64,000 bases of DNA, from the IMG/VR virus record IMGVR_UViG_3300031414_000001, positions 64,001 to 128,000 of that record. One strand, written 5' to 3'. The notes under the pieces are model-generated. The model searched no databases and had not been told where the DNA came from. It saw only the letters and a list, made by a program, of their open reading frames with translations. Shown piece by piece: positions 42,049 to 50,138 of the stretch (positions within the stretch are counted from its first letter, which is position 1; each line of letters opens with the position of its first letter). The DNA comes from a virus (Duplodnaviria; Heunggongvirae; Uroviricota; Caudoviricetes). A program made the translations under genes and the position numbers.

Positions 42049-42531
42049 ATGAAAAGGGAAAGGTTAAAAAACTCTAACGAGGCTGCCAAATATAGGCAAG
42101 AATTACTTAAAAAACAAAAAGGCTTAGATCCAATCACTAAAGAGAAAGTAACCGATCCAGTACTTGACCATAATCATAAAGGTGAACAAGAATGCCGTGC
42201 TGTTCTAGATAGAACAGTAAACTCATTCGAAGGTAAAGTACAAAATGCGTTCGATAGATACATTAAACATTTAACTGATAAGAATCTACCTACAGTTTTA
42301 CGAAATCTAGCAGATTACTATGAACAGGATTATTCTGAAACAAAAATACATCATACAGCACTAACTATTGATGTTAAAAAGTTCAAAGCATTACCAGCAG
42401 CACAACAATGTTCAATTCTTGAATCATTTGACGTTGTACCTGAGTCCAATTCTGCTAAACGAGCAAATCAAGCTCGTAAATTAATTAAAAGTGGTCAATT
42501 AGATATGACACAAATAAAAAAAGGAGCCTAA
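42049..42531 (+). CDS. gp49: Endonuclease VII-like Holliday junction resolvase
   Basis: VLDHNH...RAVL...NSFEGKV...LRNLADY. Confidence 0.85.
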   Translation: MKRERLKNSNEAAKYRQELLKKQKGLDPITKEKVTDPVLDHNHKGEQECRAVLDRTVNSFEGKVQNAFDRYIKHLTDKNLPTVLRNLADYYEQDYSETKIHHTALTIDVKKFKALPAAQQCSILESFDVVPESNSAKRANQARKLIKSGQLDMTQIKKGA

Positions 42532-42543
42532 TGGCTCCTTTTT
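42518..42543. terminator. Bidirectional terminator
   Basis: AAAAAGGAGCC-TAAT-GGCTCCTTTTT between convergent genes. Confidence 0.9.
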
Positions 42544-42544
42544 G

Positions 42545-44686
42545 TTATAGATCTAATACATCGCAAAATTCGATAGTACTGAAACTATCTTCTTTAACGA
42601 CTCGTAAGATTGAATTAGCACGTCCAATCAATTCTTCACGGTGTGATACCACAAAGATGTTTTTACCACGTACAGCACTCAAATCTTGAAGCATATGCCA
42701 TGAACTTTCAATACCACCAGTATCTAAACCATTATCTAGTAGTTCATCCACCAGCAATAGGTTAATACCCTGGAATAGAGACTCGTATGTATCACGGAAC
42801 GCAAGGTTCAACGCAATAATAACACGAGTACGCTCACCACGAGACAATTGTTTGAAGTCATATGATTGACCATTCAAATCAATATCAACGCTTAGGTCAT
42901 TTAGGAACTCTACTGTATGTAATGAACCTGATTTCTCAATCCAGTACTGTAATCGGTTGTTCAAGAATGAGATATTCTGGTCAATGATACGGCGACGGAC
43001 AAATGAATCTTTGTTCATTAGTAGTTTTGCCAAATAATCTTGGTGGTCAGCAAGTTTGACTAGCTTGTTATACTCGTCATAGTCCACATGTTGAATTGAG
43101 TTCGTTTGTAGAGTCTCAATTTGTTCAAAGAATGGATTCTGTGAGGATTGTTCACGTTCTAGTGAAGAAACCAACGTATCAAATGAACGTTGAAGGTCTT
43201 TCACTTCGTTAGTACTAAATGTTTCAGTGTATTCTTTGATTTCAGTACTTTCTAACTCCGCAAAGAGTGTCATAAGTTCTTCATCATAGATATTCACTTC
43301 TTCTTCAGTACTTTTCTTCTTCAATTCTTCTAGTTTATGCTCATGAAGCTTAGCTTCAGACAGTGAAGGGTAGAATGTAACTGGTTTCTCTGGCATATCA
43401 AACAATTCAATGCTTTCAACTGCTAGAGTTAAGGTATTCATCTCATTCAACGCAGATTCATAGCTGCTTTGTAGTTCAGTCAGATTTTCTTCTGCTGTTT
43501 TCTTCATAGTTTCATGATTATGATTGCCTTGAATCGTATTTTCACACATTGGACACTTGTTGTCAACCAAAGATGCTAAATGTTTCTCTGCTTTAGCAAT
43601 ATTGTTACTGATTAAGGTAACTTTAGAGGTAGCAGCATTCAGTTCTTGAGTTTTAAAGCGTTTAGTGTTATTCAACTCTTTCAACATCTGGTCAAGAGTG
43701 TTCCACGTTTCCAATTCTTCATGCAATGCCAGTTCAGAGGTAATATCGAACTTAGAAAGGTCATCAATACTCTTAAGTACTGTAGCTTTCTTCTGTATTA
43801 GTGATTCTGAGTATTCTTCATGTTTCACTGCTACCTGAGCTAGACGATTTTCCAGTACAGTACGGGAATTATTGTGTTTAATTGCTTCTTCCATCTTTGA
43901 TGCTAGGTCAAATAGAGATGTAAAGTCAATATCTTCGTAATCTGCCAGTTGTTCAACTAGAGATTCGATAGTCTTAGTCTTTTTCTGTTCAAATTCGTTA
44001 GCACGAAGTTGTAAAGATTCGATACTTTGAAGAATACGTTTATTAGACGCAGTAACAGTTTCAATTTTGAACTTCTCTTGATCTGCTTGATTCTTTGTTT
44101 CTCGATACATATCTTTTAGAAGGTTAGCTTTCTCAGTAAGTTGAGTAATACAAAGAAGTTCTTCTATCATTTCACGTTGCTTCTGCTGAGATAGAGACAG
44201 GAACGGCTCTACGTTAGCATTCATTACCACAATGTGTTCAAATAGGAGTTGTGAAATACCAAGAATCTCATTCAAGTCTTCTTGAGTATCTTTCTTCTCA
44301 CCTCTTGATTCATCAATTACTTCATTATCCTCACTTAGAGTAAGGAATGTGAAATACGTGGGATTACGCCCACGTTCAACACGATATTCAACACCGTTTT
44401 TCTCGAAATCAATAGTGACTTCGCAGTTTTTAGCATTAATCTTGTTTACCAAGTTAGGTATCTTAATATCGTTACCGATACTCTTACCATATAATCCAAA
44501 AACAATACCCTGAATGATGGCAGACTTGCCTACACCATTTCTACGCCCCGCATTATCGTCACCGACCGATGCATCGTTGTTTTGACCAAGTACTAACGCT
44601 AGGTCAGTACTGTCAAGCTCCAGAACTTGTGGAGCATTACCAAAAGAAAAGAAGTTACGCATACTAATGCGTTTAATGTTAAGCAT
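42545..44686 (-). CDS. gp46: Rad50/SbcC-like recombination ATPase (gp46)
   Basis: RNFFSFGN, NGVGKS, coiled coil with CPMC hook, LSRGE, LLVDE, VSH. Confidence 0.95.
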   Translation of the reverse strand: MLNIKRISMRNFFSFGNAPQVLELDSTDLALVLGQNNDASVGDDNAGRRNGVGKSAIIQGIVFGLYGKSIGNDIKIPNLVNKINAKNCEVTIDFEKNGVEYRVERGRNPTYFTFLTLSEDNEVIDESRGEKKDTQEDLNEILGISQLLFEHIVVMNANVEPFLSLSQQKQREMIEELLCITQLTEKANLLKDMYRETKNQADQEKFKIETVTASNKRILQSIESLQLRANEFEQKKTKTIESLVEQLADYEDIDFTSLFDLASKMEEAIKHNNSRTVLENRLAQVAVKHEEYSESLIQKKATVLKSIDDLSKFDITSELALHEELETWNTLDQMLKELNNTKRFKTQELNAATSKVTLISNNIAKAEKHLASLVDNKCPMCENTIQGNHNHETMKKTAEENLTELQSSYESALNEMNTLTLAVESIELFDMPEKPVTFYPSLSEAKLHEHKLEELKKKSTEEEVNIYDEELMTLFAELESTEIKEYTETFSTNEVKDLQRSFDTLVSSLEREQSSQNPFFEQIETLQTNSIQHVDYDEYNKLVKLADHQDYLAKLLMNKDSFVRRRIIDQNISFLNNRLQYWIEKSGSLHTVEFLNDLSVDIDLNGQSYDFKQLSRGERTRVIIALNLAFRDTYESLFQGINLLLVDELLDNGLDTGGIESSWHMLQDLSAVRGKNIFVVSHREELIGRANSILRVVKEDSFSTIEFCDVLDL

Positions 44687-44698
44687 CCTTGCCTCCAA

Positions 44699-45730
44699 TT
44701 ATAGTGAAAGATAAAGTTGAATCAGTAATTCATTGTCAATTACGTTAGATTTGTTTTCTTTTATCTGAGCAATTACAATTTCATCAACAGATTCAGTATT
44801 AGAGGCAAAATCCTCTGAACCGAAGTTGTTTTCAACCGTTTTCTTGCCAGGTATGATATTAAATTCACGAATTTTATACATCTTACAGAATGTTTCGCGA
44901 ATAAAACTAATTTCATCCATTGTAACGGGAATATCAACCTGAACTTTAGCTATTACGTTGTCTTCCAAGTAATAAGTTGGTTCAGATAGAAGTTCTGACA
45001 AAGTAAAGGTTCTGTACCGTGGAGCACCAGGCCACATTTTGAATTCTGGTTCACCACCATGTTCTAGGAACATGATTCCTCGTGCGTCATCCCATGTATC
45101 TGAGAAGTTATGAGGGAAACAGTTGCCAGTGTACAGAATTTTAGTACCTTTTGATGTAACTTTAGCTTGTCTCTTGTGGAAATGTCCACTAAAGACATAT
45201 TCACATCCACTAAACGAATCTTCAGTCTCTTTTCCATGATCTGGCATTTCAACCATCTTATTAAGAAGGTATCCCGGCAGTTCTAAGTGACCAAAAACAT
45301 ACTTACTACGTAATGAAGGTAGTTGTTTGTATTCATCGTCAATCATAAACGGAATAAATGAACAATCATCAATGGTTTCAATCTGATTAATGAAGTGAAT
45401 ATGTTCAAAAACAGATGCCATGTTGATACTTGTCACATCACGTTTATTTTTATGGTACATATCATGGTTCCCAACAAGAAAATACGTCATATCGAAGTTC
45501 TCATTAAGTAGATGCATGATTTGAAGACCATAATCTAGTGTATTGATGTTAATATTACTACGATTGTGGAAGAAATCTCCCATAAAGATACAAGTTTTAA
45601 TATCTCGTTCTTTTGCTTCATCGATCATGAACTTTACAAAGTTAACACAATCAATGTTATGTTCTCTACTGTTATTCTTTAGACCTAAGTGAATATCAGT
45701 GAACACAATAGACTTATCAAATAGTGCCAT
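44699..45730 (-). CDS. gp47: Mre11/SbcD-like recombination nuclease (gp47)
   Basis: TDIHLG, GDFFH, GNHD, GHLE, SGHFH. Confidence 0.95.
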   Translation of the reverse strand: MALFDKSIVFTDIHLGLKNNSREHNIDCVNFVKFMIDEAKERDIKTCIFMGDFFHNRSNININTLDYGLQIMHLLNENFDMTYFLVGNHDMYHKNKRDVTSINMASVFEHIHFINQIETIDDCSFIPFMIDDEYKQLPSLRSKYVFGHLELPGYLLNKMVEMPDHGKETEDSFSGCEYVFSGHFHKRQAKVTSKGTKILYTGNCFPHNFSDTWDDARGIMFLEHGGEPEFKMWPGAPRYRTFTLSELLSEPTYYLEDNVIAKVQVDIPVTMDEISFIRETFCKMYKIREFNIIPGKKTVENNFGSEDFASNTESVDEIVIAQIKENKSNVIDNELLIQLYLSL

Positions 45731-46577
45731 TTTGCTTCCTTTCTAGCATTTTCATCTCAATTTCAATTTGTCGTGTATGACTAGGGTTAAACCCTTGAAG
45801 TTCTAGAAGGTCATCACGAATGTTACGTACATTCTTTTCTGAATTAAGTACAGAACGGAATGCGTTGTTAACAAATGAGGTGTAATATGCGAAAGGATTA
45901 AGTTGTACGGCTGGTTTTACCTTTTTGTACAGAATACTTTCATTGAATAGCAACGCATTCTTTACTAGTTGAATACGAGCATCACCCATCATCTCGTCTA
46001 AGTATGTATAGTTACGATAGTTAGGTTTATGAGATATTTCTTCTGCCAATTTAATGAACATCTTACCCAATTCATTAGTTTGACGACCATGTGTTAGGCT
46101 GAAAACGCCATCTTCAAGATCACCTTTCCAATGAGAACGAGCAACTTCATACAATTCACCAGTGTTATCAGCGATATAATGTTTGAAGGGTTCAAAGTTG
46201 GTACGAACTTTCTTCTGATCTTCATTATTTTCAATGAACGGGATATGTTCATTCGTAATCACACGAATAACAACTTCGTCAACGGGAATATCATGAACCA
46301 GTAAGTTCTTTTCATCAGCGTACTCTTTTGCTTTCTTGGCAGTGAAAGCATGTTCAGCACGTATTTTGTCTAGCGTACTCGAATTTAAGCGTTTAATTCG
46401 CTCCGCAGTAGCTAGTTCAAGTAATTCTTCAGTAATTTCGGACTCGTCGAAGACGATATAATCGTACATATTGTAAGCATCGTCTAGAACCCAACAATAT
46501 GACATTTTACTGATATGAATTTCTCTTAGCAAATCCGCATTGTTCAAGTACTTCTTGCGTTTTGGTTTAATTGCCAT
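45717..46577 (-). CDS. gp55: Late-transcription sigma factor (T4 gp55-like)
   Basis: YLNNADLL, LGKMFIKLAE, PNYRNYTYLDEMMGD, NPFAYYT...NAF. Confidence 0.9.
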   Translation of the reverse strand: MAIKPKRKKYLNNADLLREIHISKMSYCWVLDDAYNMYDYIVFDESEITEELLELATAERIKRLNSSTLDKIRAEHAFTAKKAKEYADEKNLLVHDIPVDEVVIRVITNEHIPFIENNEDQKKVRTNFEPFKHYIADNTGELYEVARSHWKGDLEDGVFSLTHGRQTNELGKMFIKLAEEISHKPNYRNYTYLDEMMGDARIQLVKNALLFNESILYKKVKPAVQLNPFAYYTSFVNNAFRSVLNSEKNVRNIRDDLLELQGFNPSHTRQIEIEMKMLERKQNGTI

Positions 46578-46624
46578 AAAAATCTCCATGTTTTTATATA
46601 AAACGATCCTTGTTTTACAGCTAC

Positions 46625-46664
46625 ATTATACCACATTTTTAATTTTCGTTCCACATAATAAATA
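46625..46664. promoter_or_regulatory. Back-to-back pre-replicative (-, gp55 operon) and late (+, baseplate operon) promoters
   Basis: TGGAA-CG-N13-TGG-TATAAT at 46625-46653 (-); TAAATA at 46659-46664 (+). Confidence 0.75.
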
Positions 46665-46692
46665 CAGGATAACATTTTCACGGAGAACGTAT

Positions 46693-47430
46693 ATGATAGA
46701 CCGCAGACTAAGACTAAGACCAAAAGATGCCGCAGCTAACTATGTTTATGGTGATAGATCACAAACTGGTAGTTCACAATCATCAATATTGTCTTTTTTA
46801 CGTGTTACAAACGGTATGGTATGGAACTATACTCCTATCATATCTGAACAACGTACAGTAAACTACGAATCAGAACAACCGATTCACACAAACAGTGGTT
46901 ATAACAACTACAAAAACACATCAAACACAACAATCACCATCCAAGGTTCTTTCTATTCAAGTACTGGTATGGAAGCAATGTATACATTAGCATGTATGCA
47001 TTTCCTTCGTTCAGTTACACAAATGGACTTTGGTAGACAAGCAGCTTTGTCAAGTAATCCAGATTTTGCTGTTGTTGGTGCTCCACCACCAATTCTATTG
47101 CTAAGTGGGTATGGGCGATACATTTATAATGACATTCCCGTTATTATCAAATCATATCAATTAAGTTATGCTGATGATGTTCCTTACATTCAAGTACCAG
47201 TAGACAGTTCAGTTGATGGTTACGATTACTCGGACTCCGCAACTCGTGCGTACTTTGAGAATCTTCGTAACACTGGTACTACTAATCCAGAAAACGAAGT
47301 TTGGGTTCCACAGAAATTGAATATTACAATTCAATTGGAAGAACAGCCTACTCCGAACTTCATGACCACTAAGTTCAACTTGAACGCATTTAAACGTGGT
47401 GAAATGCTTCGTAAAGGAGGATACATTTAA
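46693..47430 (+). CDS. Baseplate / tail-tube initiator-like protein (start MIDRRL)
   Basis: GAPPPILLLSGYG...PVII, tube-fold-like; first gene of baseplate operon; GGAGA SD. Confidence 0.65.
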   Translation: MIDRRLRLRPKDAAANYVYGDRSQTGSSQSSILSFLRVTNGMVWNYTPIISEQRTVNYESEQPIHTNSGYNNYKNTSNTTITIQGSFYSSTGMEAMYTLACMHFLRSVTQMDFGRQAALSSNPDFAVVGAPPPILLLSGYGRYIYNDIPVIIKSYQLSYADDVPYIQVPVDSSVDGYDYSDSATRAYFENLRNTGTTNPENEVWVPQKLNITIQLEEQPTPNFMTTKFNLNAFKRGEMLRKGGYI

Positions 47431-47744
47431 TGGCATCTCAATACAGTACATACTCACCTTATTCTAAGGTTGATCAAACTTGGTATCTTGATTACAACTT
47501 ACCACAAACTATGGTTAGAGCAGATAGTGATTCAGAATATATTATTCCACCTCAGTACAATGAACAACCTTGGCGTTTAGCTAAGGACTTGTACGGTAAT
47601 GAACGTTTGTATTACATTTTTGCTTTACTTAATCCAGATCTTCTCGTAGATCCAATTTATGATTTTACGGCTGGAACAACTATTTTAATTCCATCATTAC
47701 AACGTGTACAAGTTTGGTTAAACGGTTCACGTAACGTTAAGTAA
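47430..47744 (+). CDS. gp53: Baseplate wedge protein (gp53-like, LysM-type)
   Basis: P..LA.DLYGNERLYYIFALLN...DP...G..I.IP. Confidence 0.8.
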   Translation: MASQYSTYSPYSKVDQTWYLDYNLPQTMVRADSDSEYIIPPQYNEQPWRLAKDLYGNERLYYIFALLNPDLLVDPIYDFTAGTTILIPSLQRVQVWLNGSRNVK

Positions 47745-47756
47745 GGATTTTTCAAC

Positions 47757-50138
47757 ATGGCGTCAATTAATAACATTGTTAACAAAATACAAACTGGTAG
47801 TACTGCTACACCTGAATCCGCAATGGAAGGTGTAAGTGACCAAATTTTATCAAACGTAGAAAGTTTAAACCAAACCGCACAATCAGTAAAAAATAGTGCT
47901 ACTCAAGCAAGTAACGCAGCAGTATCCGCAGCAAAAAACGGTATTGAAAAAGTTAGTAGCAGTGTTAAAGGTATGATCCCAGGTCAAGCTAATGCTTATG
48001 TGGCTCGTACAGCACAAGAAAAACAAAAATCATATGATGCTAGTACTGACTTGTATTCAAACGTAGATTTGAATGCTCTAGTACTTCCATATGAGAATCC
48101 ACTACTTGCTTATCATAATTATACTTGGAACTTCTCTCTATACACTATGTCACCTGCTGAATATGAATTATTCTTAGATAATGACATGGTTGATGTAAAC
48201 AAATACGTTGTAGCACAAAGTGCTGTAACTGGACGATACAGTATTGAGAGTGTAAAAATTACTCAAGCTGGTCCAGCAACACCAGGTATTACTTCTAACT
48301 ATTCCATGAACACTGCTATTATGGAAATTAAAGAAAATGGTGGTCAACACCTTTTCGATGACCTTGTAGTACTTTCAAATACTCTAGGATATAAAAAATT
48401 CATGGATGTTCCATTCGTAATGGAACTGAACTTCATTGGTTATGATGAAGATACTGGTGCTCCAACCACTATGAAATCTCTTAACCGTAAATGGGGCGTT
48501 CGCTTGAATACTATTCAAGGAACTGCATCTCAAAGTGGTGGAGCTATTACATACACACTATCATTGAGTAGTACTCGTGGTGGTATGATGGAAAACAAAG
48601 ACTGGACTCTTAAAGAACCTTACACATGTACTACGGGTACATTTGGTGAATTCATTCAACAACTTCAAGACCATATGAATAAGGTAGCAACTGACCAATA
48701 CGGTTATTTGCGTTATCGTTATGATGCTTTTTCTAACGATGAATATTTTAAAATGATTCTTCCGACTGAACTTGCTAACATGACTATTAACTACGACTCA
48801 AAACAAAGTCCAGAAGTTAATCAATCAAAAAATGGTTCAAGTGGTGCTAAAGACTTTACTTGGGGTGCTGATGTTCCGGTATCTCGTGTAATTGATGATG
48901 TTCTAGACTGTTGTATGCCATTACATGAAAGTACTGATAAGCGTCGTAACTTTGTTAACATTATTCCGGTATCTAGATATGTTGGATATGATCCAATTCG
49001 AGATACTAGTGCTTATAAGAACTTTTTCTATATATTGAAATACAAAATTGGTGATGTAACATCAAAAGATGATTTAATGCCAGAATCTTTTAACCTTCAG
49101 TACTTCTATGATAACGCAGATAAAATCAATGATGCTTCTGATGGTGATAAACCTAAAATTAATGGTAAGCGTTATGACTATCAATTTAGTGGTCTTAATA
49201 CTGAAATCTTAAACTTAGATATTAAGTACGACCAAGGATTTAATATCGCGGTTACTCGTAACCCACAATCACAGATTGATAAGCAGAATAGTACTGGTAC
49301 GCACGTTGCCGAAACATTAGAACTAGCTGGACAAGAATATAGTACTGCTGATACACAAACTCTATGGGCTAAATCTCAAGAGCTAGTTAATAAGCAAAAA
49401 TCTGGTCAAGAGTTGACGGACGAAGAAAAACAATTTGTTCGTGATGCACAAGGTGTTTCCGCTACTAGAGTAATGCCAACTGAAGGTGAAGAAGACCAAA
49501 GTAATACTAACTTGTCGATTGCTCCAGCGTTACCATCATATATTGAAGATTTTCGTAATACAATAGATGTTGGTGTTGAAGGTACTAATGGTATAGGTAC
49601 GCCTAGAGTTGATAGTGTTCCAACTGAACCTACAAACATCGGTAAAACTAACTCCGGTGCTAAGGGCGACAACAGTTCCGATGATGAATTACAACGTCGC
49701 TTAATTCGAGACAACTATTATAACCGTTCATTCTTAGGTAAACTGGATATTAAAGTTGTTGGTGATCCATTCTGGTTAGGATGGGGAGATTATTCATACG
49801 TTCGTTATCTTGATAGAGCGGCACGTGGTGAAGACATTAATCCAAGTCCTGAAGATAGACACTTTGCGAATTATATGACAACTGAAACATATTTGCTTTT
49901 AAATTTAAAACCGATTGTCGCTATTAGTGATGATACTGGTATTTTGGAAGTGAATCAGAAATCAGTATTCAATCAAAACTTCTATCGCGTTAACAAAGTT
50001 GTTAGCGAATTCAGTAGTAACGGTTCATTTACTCAGCAATTATCTGCTGGTTTAGTAATTCGTTCATTACGTAATAAAGATCAACAAACAACTGGTACGC
50101 AGTCAGCGGAATCAGTTAAGAAAGACGGGAAACAATAA
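47757..50138 (+). CDS. Baseplate hub protein (gp27/gpD-like, divergent)
   Basis: IKVVGDPFWL and YRVNKVVSEF..GSFTQQL motifs; directly upstream of the spike gene. Confidence 0.6.
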   Translation: MASINNIVNKIQTGSTATPESAMEGVSDQILSNVESLNQTAQSVKNSATQASNAAVSAAKNGIEKVSSSVKGMIPGQANAYVARTAQEKQKSYDASTDLYSNVDLNALVLPYENPLLAYHNYTWNFSLYTMSPAEYELFLDNDMVDVNKYVVAQSAVTGRYSIESVKITQAGPATPGITSNYSMNTAIMEIKENGGQHLFDDLVVLSNTLGYKKFMDVPFVMELNFIGYDEDTGAPTTMKSLNRKWGVRLNTIQGTASQSGGAITYTLSLSSTRGGMMENKDWTLKEPYTCTTGTFGEFIQQLQDHMNKVATDQYGYLRYRYDAFSNDEYFKMILPTELANMTINYDSKQSPEVNQSKNGSSGAKDFTWGADVPVSRVIDDVLDCCMPLHESTDKRRNFVNIIPVSRYVGYDPIRDTSAYKNFFYILKYKIGDVTSKDDLMPESFNLQYFYDNADKINDASDGDKPKINGKRYDYQFSGLNTEILNLDIKYDQGFNIAVTRNPQSQIDKQNSTGTHVAETLELAGQEYSTADTQTLWAKSQELVNKQKSGQELTDEEKQFVRDAQGVSATRVMPTEGEEDQSNTNLSIAPALPSYIEDFRNTIDVGVEGTNGIGTPRVDSVPTEPTNIGKTNSGAKGDNSSDDELQRRLIRDNYYNRSFLGKLDIKVVGDPFWLGWGDYSYVRYLDRAARGEDINPSPEDRHFANYMTTETYLLLNLKPIVAISDDTGILEVNQKSVFNQNFYRVNKVVSEFSSNGSFTQQLSAGLVIRSLRNKDQQTTGTQSAESVKKDGKQ

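Noticed and set aside
41994-42050. T4 gene 49-style SD-sequestering hairpin before Endo VII
   Set aside because: Only about 6 bp of pairing and no evident upstream plus-strand transcript
41342-42137. Short ORFs 41342-41557 (+), 41758-42039 (+) and 41919-42137 (-) in the intergenic gap
   Set aside because: No good SD, atypical composition and codon usage; they overlap hairpins, promoters or Endo VII
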